Positions 47,996 to 61,996 of a DNA stretch of 64,000 nt are shown one piece after another. Within the stretch, counting starts at the first letter, position 1. The number at the start of each line of letters is the position of its first letter. The DNA is from Nemertoderma westbladi (taxonomy: Eukaryota; Animalia; Xenacoelomorpha), in contig JAUCBJ010001498.1 of NCBI GenBank assembly GCA_032718475.1, positions 1-64,000 of the forward strand. Direction: 5' to 3'. The translations under genes and the position numbers were made by a program. The notes beneath the pieces were generated by a model. The model was not told the DNA's origin. It worked only from the letters and a program-made list of their open reading frames with translations, and ran no database searches.

Positions 47996-49852
47996 GCCCA
48001 GGCCCACCACCACTAACCCAGCCCCAGGCCACCCACCACTGACACGGCCCCAGGCCACCCACCACTGACCCGGCCCCAGGCCACCCACCACTGACACGGC
48101 CCCAGGCCCACCACCACTGACCCGGCCCCAGGCCACCAACCACTGACCCGGCCCCAGGCCCCCCACCACTGACACGGTCCCAGGCCACCAACCACTGACC
48201 CGGCCCCAGGCCCCCCACCACTGACCCGGCCCCAGGCCACCCACCACTGACCCGGCCCCAGGCCACCCACCACTGACCCGGCCCCAGGCCACCCACCACT
48301 GACACGGCCCCAGGCCCACCACCACTGACCCGGCCCCAGGCCCCCCACCACTAACCCGGCCCCAGGCCCCCCACCACTGACACGGCCCCAGGCCACCCAC
48401 CACTGATACGGCCCCAGGCCACCCACCACTGACCCGGCCCCAGGCCCCCCACCACTGACCCGGCCCCAGGCCACCAACCACTGACCCGGCCCCAGGCCCC
48501 CCACCACTGACCCGGCCCCAGGCCACCCACCACTGAGACGGCCCCAGGCCACCCACCACTGACCCGGCCCCAGGCCACCCACCACTGACCCGGCCCCAGG
48601 CCACCCACCACTGACCCGGCCCCAGGCCCCCTACCACTGACCCGGCCCCAGGCCACCAACCACTGACCCGGCCCCAGGCCCCCCACCACTGACCCGGCCC
48701 CAGGCCACCCACCACTGACACGGCCCCAGGCCACCCACCACTGACCCGGCCCCAGGCCACCCACCACTGACCCGGCCCCAGGCCCCCCACCACTGACCCG
48801 GCCCCAGGCCACCAACCACTGACCCGGCCCCAGGCCCCCCACCACTGACCCGGCCCCAGGCCACCCACCACTGACACGGCCCCAGGCCACCCACCACTGA
48901 CCCGGCCCCAGGCCACCCACCACTGACCCGGCCCCAGGCCACCCACCACTGACCCGGCCCCAGGCCCCCCACCACTGACCCGGCCCCAGGCCCCCCGCCA
49001 CTGACCCGGCCCCAGGCCACCAACCACTGACCCGGCCCCAGGCCCCCCACCACTGACACGGTCCCAGGCCCCCCACCACTGACCCGGCCCCAGGCCCCCC
49101 GCCACTGACCCGGCCCCAGGCCACCAACCACTGACCCGGCCCCAGGCCCCCCACCACTGACCCGGCCCCAGGCCACCCACCACTGACCCGGCCCCAGGCC
49201 CCCCACCACTGACCCGGCCCCATGCCACCCACCACTGACCCGGCCCCAGGCCACCCACCGCTGACCCGGCCCCAGACCACCCACCGCTGACCCGGCCCCA
49301 GGCTACCCACCACTGACCCGGCCCCAGGCCACCCACCGCTGACCCGGCCCCAGACCACCCACCGCTGACCCGGCCCCAGGCCACCCACCACTGACCCGGC
49401 CCCAGGCCACCCACCGCTGACCCGGCCCCAGGCCACCCACCGCTGACCCGGCCCCAGACCACCCACCGCTGACCCGGCCCCAGGCCACCCACCACTGACC
49501 CGGCCCCAGGCCACCCACCGCTGACCCGGCCCCAGACCACCCACCGCTGACCCGGCCCCAGGCCACCCACCACTGACCCGGCCCCAGGCCACCCACCGCT
49601 GACCCGGCCCCAGACCACCCACCGCTGACCCGGCCCCAGGCCACCCACCACTGACCCGGCCCCAGGCCACCCACCGCTGACCCGGCCCCAGGCCCCCCAC
49701 CACTGACACGGCCCCAGGCCTCCCACCACTGACCCGGCCCCAGGGCCCCTGGCCACCCACCACTGACTCGGCCTCAGGCCCCCCACCACTGACACGGTCC
49801 CAGGCCACCCACCACTGACCCGGCCCCAGGCCACCCACCACTGACCCGGCCC
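47996..49852. repeat. Minisatellite D, left part, GC-rich 26-bp unit GCCACCCACCACTGACCCGGCCCCAG
   Basis: Visible array; minus-strand ORFs repeat every 26 aa (3 units). Confidence 0.97.
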
Positions 49853-52293
49853 ATTTCCATTTCTCTGGAAATGGATTGTTTTCGGCTGGAACCCAGTTCA
49901 AGAAGCGAACTGGAAAGCTATGGACTCATAGTGGACCCAGTGGTCACAAGTCCCAGATAGACCATATTCTGTTTCGTAGGAAATACAGGAGCTCTATACA
50001 AGACTGTAATGCATTTACACTTCGACCCTTCTCCAGTGATCACCGCCTTATTGTGGCCAAGGTAAGACTTAGTCTGCGTGCTAGCAGAACAACGAAATCT
50101 GCCTTGCCACGGCATGACTGGTCCTCTCTGTTGCAACAGCCAAGTGTGAGATCCAGCTTCACACTACAGCTGAGCAACAGGTATGAGGCTCTTGCCTCTG
50201 AGGCGGCAGATCACTGTGAGGGCTATACTGCCTTTACAGAAGCAGTTAAGTTAGCAGCTGCAGAAACAGTTCCTGTATACCCTCGAAACAGGAAAAGGGC
50301 CCCCTGGACTGACAACAAAATTCAGAAGTGCCGAAATGACCTTCATAAGGCGCAGAAAGAGTCCCGACTCAAACAGACTACAGCGGCCAAGAATGCAGTT
50401 AAAGCTGCATCTAGGTCCCTGAACAGGCAGTACTCTGTTAATCTACAGAAGCTAATAAACCAACAGGTTGATGCCATCAATGATGCTGACGACAGCAGGC
50501 AATCATCCCAGGCATGGAAATCGATCAATCTGCTTACTGGGCGGAAAAGCCAACCAACCACCAAGGTTAAGGCTGAATCACCAGCCGATCGCCTCAATGG
50601 TTGGAAAGCCCACTTTGAAAAGCTCCTCAATAATGACAGGGTATTGCCTGATAACTTTATAGAAGTAAAAGTGTCTGAGTCTGTACTCCCAGATATTCCC
50701 ATTGGCGATATCTCCTTTGCAGAAGTGAAGGCTGCTGCAAAGAGCATTAAGACCAATCGTGCCAGTGGAGTAGATGGCGTTCCCCCTGAGGTCTTTAAAA
50801 TACCTGAGTGTTTAAAGCTCATCTATCCCATCATAGTAGACATGTACCGTACAACAAGAGTCCCACAAGAAATGAAAACAAATAAGTTGGTGCCAGTTCC
50901 CAAGAAGGGCAACCTAACACTCTATGGTTCTTTTCGGGGAATCTCATTGATCTCGATTGCTGCAAAACTATACAATAGAATTCTATTAAATCGCATCAGG
51001 GATCCCATTGAGAGACTGCTACGTGGAAATCAGAATGGGTTCCGTAAAGGTCGTGGGACCATGGAGCCCATTTTGGCACTTAGAAGGATAATTGAAGAGT
51101 TATCAAAAAAGAAAGACAGGCATCTGGCTGTTATCTTTGTTGACTTCTTCAAGGCCTTTGATTCAGTCTCTCGCTCACGTATGTTCAGCATACTTTCATT
51201 ATATGGGATTCCTGATGAAATTATTGCAGCAATCAGATCAGTATACGATGGTTCGACAACATTTGTGTCTACTGTTGACGGTGACACAGAACCATTTGAA
51301 GTGTTATGGGGCGTCCTCCAAGGAGACACACTTGCACCATTCTTGTTCATTATTGTGGTTGACTATGTTCTACGCATGTCCTTAGATCATCATAATGATG
51401 ATGGGGTGATGATAACTCCACCTACTGGCTCCAGAAGTCGAGGAAATCCTGCCAAGTACCTAACTGATCTAGACTTTGCTGATGACTTAGGAGTACTCTC
51501 AGAATCATTAGAGGGAGCCCAGCGGCTCCTCAGCTCATTAGAACATGCTGCTTCTAGTGTTGGTCTTTTTATTAACTCCAGAAAGACCAAAATTCTGACA
51601 GTTAACTTTGAAAGTCCTCAGCAAGTCTCTGATCGGATGAGCATAAGCTCAAAGGATGGTATGCTTGAGCATGTGGACGACTTCTGTTACCTGGGATCAT
51701 GGATCCGGAAGTCAGGTGAGGACCTTCGAATACGTAAGGGAAAGGCATGGGCAGCCTTGAATAGGCTTTCCAGGATTTGGAAGTCACCTAGAATTAATCG
51801 GAAACTTAAGGTCCGATTATTTAGAGCAGCAGTAGTTCCAGTACTCCTCTACGGGAGTCCATGCTGGGCTCTAACTGCTGAGGACACCAAATCTCTGGAT
51901 GGCACATTCACAAGAATGCTACGCCGGGTACATTGTGTCAAGTACAATGCACACATCTCCAACCAGACACTATATAACATTGGAGGTGTCTCATTGGTTC
52001 CCCCAAGCTTGACACTAGAACAAAATCGCCTCCGCTTTGCAGGACATTGCTTTCGCCGTGAGGACCAGCCAGTGCATAATCTTGTACTTTGGCAGCCTCA
52101 TGGAGTGAATAAGCATGGTGGACAGCCCATGACTTTCTTGAGACGCATCTTAAAGGACACTGGCCTTAAAGATGCGGATGATCTAGCAAATGTCATGGGT
52201 GATAGGGAGTTGTGGCGGTGCAATTTTGTTGATAAGCCGGCACAGCATTCTTAAAAATGCAGCTGCAATGCAGCATGCCGATGCTAGTAGTAG
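49853..52293 (+). mobile_element. 5'-truncated RTE-clade LINE with an open ORF (49876-52254), short 3' UTR and (TAG)n tail, inserted in minisatellite D
   Basis: C-terminal APE (SQIDHIL, SDHRL). RT motifs FRGISL, QNGFR, FVDFFKAFDSV, GVLQGDTLAP, DFADD, FCYLGS. RTE-type C-terminus RLRFAGH...DRELWR. Confidence 0.95.
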
Positions 52294-53048
52294 GCCACCC
52301 ACCACTGACCCGGCCCCAGGCCACCCACCGCTGACCCGGCCCCAGGCCCCCCACCACTGACACGGTCCCAGGCCCCCCACCACTGACCCGGCCCCAGTCC
52401 ACCCACCGCAGACCCGGCCCCAGGCCACCCACCACTGACCCGGCCCCAGGCCACCCACCGCTGACCCGGCCCCAGGCCCCCACCACTGACACGGTCCCAG
52501 GCCCCCCACCACTGACCCGGCCCCAGTCCACCCACCGCAGACCCGGCCCCAGGCCACCCACCGCTGACACGGCCCCAGGCCACCCACCGCTGACACGGCC
52601 CCAGTCCACCCACCGCTGACACGGCCCCAGGCCACCCACCGCTGACACGGCCCCAGGCCACCCACCGCTGACACGGCCCCAGTCCACCCACCGCTGACAC
52701 GGCCCCAGGCCACCCACCGCTGACACGGCCCCAGGCCACCCACCGCTGACACGGCCCCAGTCCACCCACCGCTGACACGGCCCCAGGCCACCCACCGCTG
52801 ACACGGCCCCAGGCCACCCACCGCTGACACGGCCCCAGGCCACCCACCGCTGACACGGCCCCAGTCCACCCACCGCTGACACGGCCCCAGGCCACCCACC
52901 GCTGACACGGCCCCAGGCCACCCACCGCTGACACGGCCCCAGGCCACCCACCACTGACCCGGCCCCAGGCCCCCACCACTGACACGGCCCCATGCCACCC
53001 ACCACTGACCCGGCCCCAGGCCACCCACCAATGACCCGGCCCCAGGCC
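52294..53048. repeat. Minisatellite D, right part
   Basis: Same unit, with the variants ccgctgacac and ccagtcc. Confidence 0.96.
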
Positions 53049-54061
53049 TTTATTGTTTCTAGTTTCTGCTTTCAGTAACTTCTGTTTACAGTTATCTACT
53101 GTAAAGTACTGCTAATTGCCGCAGTGTAACAAGTAATATAGTATTAGGCGAACCAATTAGACTAATTAAAATAAGCTTGATACATAGACGCTAAAAATTA
53201 TTACTGTAACTAAGTAGAAATTCGAGCAAACGTAATTCTCCAAAAACCAAGTAAAGGTTCGTATTATTAGACTTAAATGAGTCTAAAAATTAACAGAATT
53301 AAGTTATGATGGGCCTATATCGGGCAAAAGTTGCGATGTCAAATAAAAATACATCAAATTTAAATTGAATTAAAAGAAAATTGAATTGATAGATAAAACA
53401 TGTATGTTACTGAGAGTACGTTGAAATGTAATGCTTTGTCACGGAGTTTAAGGCGAACTTTTTGAGTGAGTGTTCGCGATTATTATTGATTTATGTCCCT
53501 GTCTCTTATATTTTTAATGAGGCGGGTTGTACGTCTTTGTACTGATTCGAGGAGTTAATTTTGACCGACGTGGCTGTCAAATTGAAGATCACTATCAAGG
53601 ATCACACCTACTACTGCAGTACAGTATTATTATAGGTCATTCTCTTTGGATGTTTGGTTAATTGTACAGTAGATAATCCAAGCTTGAACACAAAATAAAT
53701 TTGGTGTTATTTCTTCCAATGTGCACTATTTTGTACTTGTAATTAAGGCTGAAAAAAAGTCTCCAAGTAACACTCCATGTATCGAGTACATACAAATCAC
53801 ATTGCAGAGGGACTGGTGTTTAGTGAATGGATTGGGTCGAAAATACAACTGTTTTACACGTCACCTACAACGTCATTTCGGCACGAATGCTTTAAAGTGA
53901 CCATCTACGTAGGGCGCCTCTTTACCTTATCCTTAAATGGTGACTAACTGAGAACTGGAGATTCCTCTGGGGAGTATTGTTCTGGTTGCACCGCACTGGA
54001 AATAAATTGTCATTTAACTTTAAAGTTCACCTAATTACTAAGACGAAGATACCGTACTTAC

Positions 54062-54233
54062 CTTAAATTTGTTTGACTTTATAAGATCGTAAAGATTTAT
54101 ACTAAGGAGCTCAAACGTTATACAAATGTGATGACGGAACTCGAATGTGTCCAGGACTCGGACCACGTTGCATGGTTTCACTTTGTCGATTTCTCTCAAG
54201 TGGTGTAGCAGCTTAATTTCCTCCTTGGCCTGC
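54062..54233 (-). CDS. DYRK2: DYRK2-like exon ([14 protein letters not shown]...[28 protein letters not shown])
   Basis: Read by hand; atttcag| acceptor and AAG|GTAAGT donor; kinase subdomains III-V. Confidence 0.94.
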
Positions 54234-54370
54234 CTGAAATATGTTAATGATTGATTACCGAAAATTTAATCTGAAATCCTACTGTAGGTCTTTAAAACGC
54301 GTTTAACGTGTTAAGGTAAACAGGTAAACATAATTTCAATACATTTTACCACTTTACACTATAGTTATTG

Positions 54371-54643
54371 CTTATCCGCTTTGCAGGACATTGCTTTCGC
54401 CGTGAGGACCAGCCAGTGCATAATCTTGTACTTTGGCAGCCTCATGGAGTGAATAAGCATGGTGGACAGCCCATGACTTTCTTGAGACGCATCTTAAAGG
54501 ACACTGGCCTTGAAGATGCGGATGATCTAGCAAATGTCATGGGTGCTAGGGAGTTGTGGCGGCGCAATTTTGTTGACAAGCCGACACAGCATTCTTAAAA
54601 ATGCAGCTGCAATGCAGCATGCCGATCCTAGTAGTAGTAGTAG
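54371..54643 (+). mobile_element. Short 3' fragment of the same RTE family, with (TAG)n tail and 11-bp TSD TATAGTTATTG
   Basis: About 6 differences from 52033-52290. TSD at 54360-54370 and 54644-54654. Confidence 0.93.
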
Positions 54644-54802
54644 TATAGTTATTGAGAATCTGTTTGTTATGTAATAAACTACTAGAGTATGTAATAACGC
54701 CCACTATGTAATAAAATCAGGTAATAGTCTGGTACTGCAATAGCTTTAATTGCGAATATATAAATTTGTATATATTAATTACTGAATGACACATAGTCAT
54801 AC

Positions 54803-55509
54803 CTGTGAAATCTGGGCTCATTCCTCACAATTTTCAAAGCTACGTGTTTCTTTTCTGCGTGATCGAAAGCCTTTACTACTTGGCCGAAACTTCCTTTACC
54901 AATTACTTTCAGTATCTCATATCGATAGGCGATGTGGTCGTAAATGACTGTTTTGTAGGAACCCCCATCATCATCGTAATTACAGTTATTACCTCTGCCT
55001 TCTGCTACAGATTTGTCCTTTCTAGCATTTTTACCAAAATAGTAAATTCGAGGAAATTCAAGAATCTCTTTTTGTTCGATGGCGGTTAATTTATTGCCGA
55101 ACCTCCTGAGGACTTCTAAGGGGCTCATATGCTTGATTTCTACAAACATGCGATCGATGTCTCCTTTATTTGGCGTCGAACTGAGACTTTTAGAACTTTT
55201 TGTAGATGATTTGCTCTTTACTGAATGGGGTGCAATATCAGTGGAAACGTGAAGTAACCTTGCAATTGATTTAATTTTTGACGGTTTCGTATCTGAGGCA
55301 CAAATGCTTGGCTCAGAGGCCGAGTAACAAGGCGATCTCTTCACATTCGGTTTCGCACTATCAGCTGCCATCATGTTCTCGGCTTTGGTTTGAGGTATAC
55401 CGCGTTCCACGCTAGTGACTTCTTGCGACTTTGTTTTTGCACATTTTTCCGGTGTTTTTGTTTTCGGCATAGAGGAATTAACTTTAGACGAATAGGGTGG
55501 TGAAGCCAT
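54803..55509 (-). CDS. DYRK2: DYRK2-like first identified coding exon (low-complexity N-terminus, NAPA region, DH box, subdomains I-II)
   Basis: LTAIEQKEILEFPRIYYFG (NAPA), NNCNYDDDGGSY (DH box), DHIAYRYEILKVIGKGSFGQV, VALKIVRNE; donor AG|GTATGA. The true start is uncertain: ATG at 55509 or 55560, or an upstream exon. Confidence 0.9.
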
Positions 55510-57554
55510 TAGGGTGTCTTTGCCAGCCCGGTTGTAGATGCAGAACCAACAAAGTGACATCAAAACGTGTCATTGAATTAATACCGCGTTCAATCGGCAT
55601 TACTGTGATCCCAATTTCAAATTTAAATAGTATCGACTCCTGGGTTAATACGAAAATTATCAGCTTTCAAAAATAACACATTTCAGTGTATGAAAGGATT
55701 CTAGAGATGAAAGGGACTAATTATCATGCCGAATTTTGTATTCTTACCTAAACAATACACGAAAACCAAGAACACATGTTATTCTATAACCCTATAGACT
55801 AGAGATAATTTAACTCTTTGATTTTGTTTCCGTTCGATTGCTTCAGGAAGGCCTGTTTGAACTCTTTCTCTTGTTTGTCGCTGGAAATATTCATTTTCTA
55901 CAGATATTTTACGTGCATTAGCCTACTGTAATTTACTCGCTAATAATAGCGATGTTATTATAGTGGGAATCACTTATGTACACCAAATCTGGTGATTTTT
56001 TTAATGTGCATTTTTTATGTGTTTTTTGGTTTACTTAGTGTTCTAGAACATAGTTGGACCACCAGATTCACAGAATATTAAATATTTTTATGGTAGCTAG
56101 TAATTTATGAAAATATTGCAAATAATGATTGTAAAATCAAATATTTGGTATTTTTATTTTCTCTAAACTAACAAAAATATGAAAGTTTATTATTTTTGTG
56201 TATTTTTTTAGTTATTTCTAATTCACAAGGCAATAATTGTTCTAGAACTAATTTTAGCTAACTTTTGTTTTTTAAAATGGCTGTTTCTAGAGACTATATA
56301 CGTAGTTATCCTACCGAACTGAACATAGGAGATTTGTGTGAAATTAAAGAGTGAAGAATCTGCAATCAAATTTGCCCACGAAAGTAGTCTGCGCTACCAT
56401 CCAGTGGTACAAAACGTGAGTGTGAGGTTAACAGATGCAAAGATAATAGTTCTAACGTATGCATTATTGCGTATTATCTAACGTTATCTAACATTATCTG
56501 ACACTATGATAAAGAAAAATAATCATAATAGAACAGTTAAAAACACACATTTAAAAAATACATATTTGGTGTACGTAGTCACGTACGGAAGTGATATAAA
56601 GTGATACCGGATTGTGTAGGAAAAAATTAGTTCTAGCATGGCCTGGTCTTTATTTACTTAATGATAGCTAGCTAGCACTTCGGTAGTCATCTTGATATTA
56701 ATTGTGAATGTTAGCAAGGCATAAATACTGTATAATCAATTTCTTATTCAATATTCAATATTCTTATAGTGCATACCGGGTGTCCCAGTATTCTCTACTC
56801 AAATCTACATAATTAAATATGGTTTCGATTTTATTTTTAAATTTGTTACCCGGGTCACAATTAATAATGCTTTAACTTCTGTTCTCAATCAAAATTTATT
56901 TATGGTGGTTCGTACTTAACACCGGCCATGATATCTTAAACGTTACATTATTCAATCAATTCACAATAATAATAATCAACAACAATACTGAATATTATCA
57001 GACCAAGTAATAAATAATATAGCGAATTATTAATTGCTTTTAATACAGCTTGATAAATTTAATTGTTTCCTTAGAAACCTGAAAATCTTTCTGAAATTTG
57101 CGTCAATTCGCCCGCTATACTTCACCCTGATTCTGTTAATGGGTAGCCTACCGGTACATATTTAACTCATTCGAAGCTGACGACAACCAACAACAATTAC
57201 TATTTTAACTGTGTGTGTTAGGCTATTTTATCCAAAACTTGAGACTAGAGAGAGCGAGTGTTGTCGGACGCCAAGAATAGGCTTATATAATTAGCCATAG
57301 TATAATTATTCACGGAGATGTTGCATAGAATAATACGAAATTTAATCAAAATCTAAAATTATCTTTTCTAAATCACTAAAATTTCATATCATTTCTATTC
57401 TGTAATCCAAACTTTCATAACATTAACTCTTGTTTTCCACTCTCCAATGTGTTATTACAATCATTTCTCCAAACTACACGAGTTGTGGTAAACCGCGAGC
57501 CGCCGTAGTGTTGTTAGCTAATAATTATCATCATATTAATATCACAATTTAAAT

Positions 57555-58648
57555 CAAAATCCACAGTGATGGCTGTAAAATTATTGTACAACAGCACTAG
57601 AGCCGGCGGGAGGTCATTTATACTGTGTGTTTATCGACTTCGCAAAGGCATTCGACACCATCGACAGAGAAATTCTATGCATGAAACTATCCCAGCTTGG
57701 AGTAAGTCGGAAATGTATTACTGCGATCTGGGCTCTACTTCCAGTAAACTTTGTCTGCATCTGCGTTGGATTATACTGTATGTATTAGAACCAATTGCAC
57801 AAAATATCGGCGTAGTACAAGGTGACAAACTTTCGCCACTCTTGTTCAACTTATTTGTTGCAGATTTACCTCTGTTTATTGCAGTCGCGATTTGCTTCAT
57901 TAATAGTATGCTGACGACCTGGTAATTGCTGGTGAGTCCCTCAGTGACGTACAAACAAGCCTCAACAGATTATCAGAATACTGTAAGCTAAACAACCGTT
58001 CATGACAACTGTAATCTCCATGCAATCAGCACACCGCTTATGGAATGCGTGATATTGCCATCAACAACTTACGGTTGCTCCGTATTTACCAACACAACCT
58101 CCGAGGTGAACGGATTGGCACATGTGGGACGTGTCAGAGCTTATTTCTGGAAACTCTGCTGCGGGATAAGCAAATACGCATCATCCACCTCGATACTAAG
58201 CGCCATCGACTCAGAACTATACTCAAACAGCATTATCGAACTCCGATTCAGATTATCACCTCTAACTGGCTTCCGACGAATAGCAGCCGCCCAGCTGGTG
58301 TCGAACGGCTGTCACCAACGTCTGTGTTCAAACCCCACCTGCTGGCGACCGACGGACGAATGTGGACGGGCTGGCTTTGCAACACACCAGCAACATCGCC
58401 AGACCATTACATAGTATGCTCCGTAATAAACACAAACTTACTTGTGGCTCTTTTCCTGATGTGTCTGGAGAGGGTCGATGACAGTATCCAATTTTAACTC
58501 AACTGTGTTTTAATATATAGTTTTATTATTTTATTTCATAATTATAAAGGCAAATTTTAGCCATATTTTTACTTACAGTATATAATTACAATCATTGTAC
58601 CTACATACATTATTTGTCCAAATGTTTGGAGTTAAATTAAATATATTC
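57555..58648 (+). mobile_element. Degraded 5'-truncated LINE with 17-bp TSD AATATCACAATTTAAAT
   Basis: FIDFxKAFD-like sequence at about 57630, GVVQGDKLSPLLFNLFV, YADDL at about 57907. TSD at 57538-57554 and 58649-58665. Confidence 0.8.
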
Positions 58649-58928
58649 AATATCACAATTTAAATTCTGCGTTGCAGTTAAGGTATGTGACTATGATATG
58701 ACTCGACTATGGTATGGTATGATTCTGTATTCGGACTTCGCTAAAGGCCCATATGATACTATAGCGAAACACATAATATTGGGAAGGGGATTTAATGGTA
58801 AAAAGCAACCTCAGACACCAACTATGCGTTTAGAGAATTTAACAAAATTAAAACATTAAGGGAAAATAAATGTTACAGTGGCGGTGTTTTTAACCAAAAC
58901 AATAATCGAAACTACATAAATATAAAAC

Positions 58929-60413
58929 CGAGAGAAAGCCGCCCCAATATTAGATTATTACAACAACATATCCATTGGGTAAGAAAGTGGAGGAGAGCCA
59001 GCCCGTCTCTTAATTTTTTACTTTATATTAAAAACGCGATCAATTTTCACTCATCTCGTCATGAACCCAACATGTATGTAGCCTTTTGTTAAATTTGTTG
59101 GCTATGCGTTTGCGGTTGTTTGGGCGGAGTGTGGTAGGCCTACACTTTTCACACTTAAATATTTTGGTTGTGAAATGTTACAGGGCATAGCTATCTGAGA
59201 TATTTCATTTATATTTTATTATGAGAGGAAGAAGAACATACAACGTTATTTACTATATATGTAACAAAATAATTGTTTTCGGGTTTAACTTGGAAGCCTC
59301 CCCAAATAGTTGATATACAATTATATTTAAAATTATTTCCATGGTCATGGTCATTCACCCGTCTTTAGTTAGAAATTTGTTTGCATGAAAGACAGTTTAG
59401 TTTAGTTTTTACTGATTTATTATCTCTTATCTGACTGGGGTAATAATAAAGGATAGGATAAATGGAACCAAAGTGTGACAGTAACAAATATTTCCCCGTC
59501 ACCCTAGCATGTCTTAAGTATATGATATATCAAAGGGGGAAGTTTGGATTCACTGCATAAATGCAGTTCACCAAACTTCCCCCGAATGCACACTGTAACT
59601 TCCCCCTTCCCACAAATATCCACTGTTTAATTAATTTGAAGCGATATAATAAGTACAAAATTGTGCGAGTTTTTAATTGTGTGGTCCAATTGTTATTTGA
59701 TTTCTATTTATTATTTAAAGTGCATTTAATATCACAATGGTTTTTAGAATATTATACTATACAACCTTATGTTTTATTAATTTACCCAATCGAAGCCTCA
59801 TAAGGGCCGGTTATTTGTACGCATATCCCCTAATGCGCTCAGTAAGGTTCAAACAACATATTAATATGAAAATAAAGTATCTGCAAAGAATAGAACCCAA
59901 TACTATATAATTTGACCTTATTAAAAAATTTGCACTTTTGCACACTTATTTGTACAAATGCACTTTAGCAGATCGTAATGGTGGCTCTTATTTAACAAAA
60001 TTATGTTTATCCTCTACCGATCTACGATGGTGTATGATCAAGTGTCAGTCGCTAAAAGTGTCAAAAATCCAATTTAATAAATCTGGATTTGCGATTTTGG
60101 ACCATATTCATGGACATTTTTAAGTCACTTTATAGACATAAAAAGTTAAACAAATGTTACGATTATAGTTAGAAATCATTCCAAACTACATTTTAATCCA
60201 AAAAATAACATTCTACGATGAATAGAACTGGAAATAACAGTGTTTGAAATATCGAAAAAATGTTCACTATTTAAGTGCATTTTGCACTAAGTGCACATAA
60301 GTCTTTTACCAAGTTTTATCCTATTGCACACTACAATCTATCCTCTATCCAATGAAAAAAGTTTCAGATTAAACGGCCCTGTAGAACCGAAGTTATTTAT
60401 GTTTAAAAATAGT
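58929..60413. repeat. Copy 1 of a roughly 1.47-kb near-identical direct repeat
   Basis: Starts cgagagaaagccgccccaatattag and matches 61997-63464 with scattered SNPs and indels. Confidence 0.92.
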
Positions 60414-60437
60414 CACTCGAAAATTTCAAATTCTCTT

Positions 60438-60510
60438 GGTCACGTAGTCTAGTGGTTATCAATCACGTTAACGATACCTAAGTTCGTGGGTTCGAAACCC
60501 AATATTGACC
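60438..60510 (+). pseudogene. Degenerate tRNA-like sequence (tRNA pseudogene or SINE head)
   Basis: 73 nt; A-box-like TAGTCTAGTGG, B box GGTTCGAAACC, ends GGTCA.../...TGACC pair. D and anticodon arms are poor. Confidence 0.5.
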
Positions 60511-61996
60511 TGACCATTCTTAATTTTTTTGCAAAAAAAATTATTTTTATTTTTTCACTAAAATCGCTCTAACTTCGGTTCTGGTGGTCCAAATTCAATA
60601 AAATTGGTATATTCTTTGCCGTAATTTTTTTCTTAATCTTTTGAGAAGGGGTTATTTTTGGCCCCAAAAAAATTAAAAAAAAGGGCCAAAATAACGCGAT
60701 ATTTTTCGACCCTTAAAATTCGTAATTTTAATTATATATGTTAAGATACAAGATAGCGGAGTTAATTTGATACTTTTTACAGGTACTTTTGGCGCAATAC
60801 GCTAAATTATAATGGAATAGCGATTTGTTAAAAAAAAAATTTTTCGTCCCTTTTTATAAATATTATATTTCACACGATCGCCTGCCGCTCCAGTTTTATA
60901 ATACCTCCGGCGCTGTGATTAACGCTGTTAGATACATAATTTAACGCACTATAAGTCTGTGTAAACAAATCTCCCGTAAGTTAAGTAGTTTTCGAGCTAG
61001 ACGATTTCCCGCGAAGCAAGTTTGAAGCGCGAAATTATAATTTTGGCCCTCATTTTTTTAATATCATCCTTGGAGCAAAACCGATAGCATATTTGAATTC
61101 CCCGTATAGATATTGACTGTATAGAATGTACCTTAACCAACTAAAGTTAAAAATAAAAAATTATTCGATAAAAACTACTTTACAAATTCTGGCCCTTTTT
61201 GGCCCCTATTGCCGACATATTTTTTGTACCCCCATTCGATAGGAACGTAGCCCCAATGGTCTTCTACGAGTTTCATAAAAGAATTAGTGGATTCCTACCC
61301 GCGTTGTCGAATTAAACATTTCGGAAATAAGTTTTCCAAAAAAGACGGACAAAAACGTACAAATTTACAGCCCCTTTTTCCACCCGAAATTTTAATAAAT
61401 ATCTTACCCCCATTCGATACGAAGGTAGTACCACTCTTCCCCTTTCCAACTGCGTTACTTTCGTCCCCGTACGATTAATATTAGCCGAGTTATAGCGGAT
61501 CCCGCAAAGTCATTTTGTCCGTTTTTTCAACTTTGACGGACATTTTCGGAAAAAAGGCGTGGTAATCTTTTTTGAAAAAAAAAACGAATTCACTAATTAA
61601 TCCCTTCTATCGTATCCCGGAGTCGGCTAAGCAATAACCTAGGGTTTTTTCGAGCCACTGTAGAGCGCCTTTCAAAAAAATTTTAAAATTGTCGAAAAAA
61701 TGACGGATTTTTGTCCGCCGTGTCCGTCGAAGGGTTAGATTTAATAATGTTAGAGTTGCTAATATCTTAGAATTCCGAGCCGCTCCCCTGGTGAGAAAAT
61801 AAAAAAATTTGGTCTGTTCCTTCATCGAAAAGTCCCCCAGAATCCCAAGTTAACCTATATAGTTAGCGATGGCCTGCGGCTTTAGGAGCGGCCGCGGTAT
61901 TCACCTCCCTCATAGCGGCCGCGGCGGTGTTGCATCAAATGGAGAAATATTTATCCCACCAAGTGAGGCAAAAAGTCACTTAGAGGGTGCCTGAAC

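Noticed and set aside
47622-53031. Gly/Trp-rich ORFs (GGLGPGQWW...)
   Set aside because: Artefacts of the GC-rich 26-bp repeat; the same peptide cycles through all frames.
55745-55895. Possible upstream DYRK exon (short ORF MNISSDKQEK..., TAG|GTAAGA donor near 55748)
   Set aside because: I could not establish an in-frame splice to the main exon; cDNA is needed.
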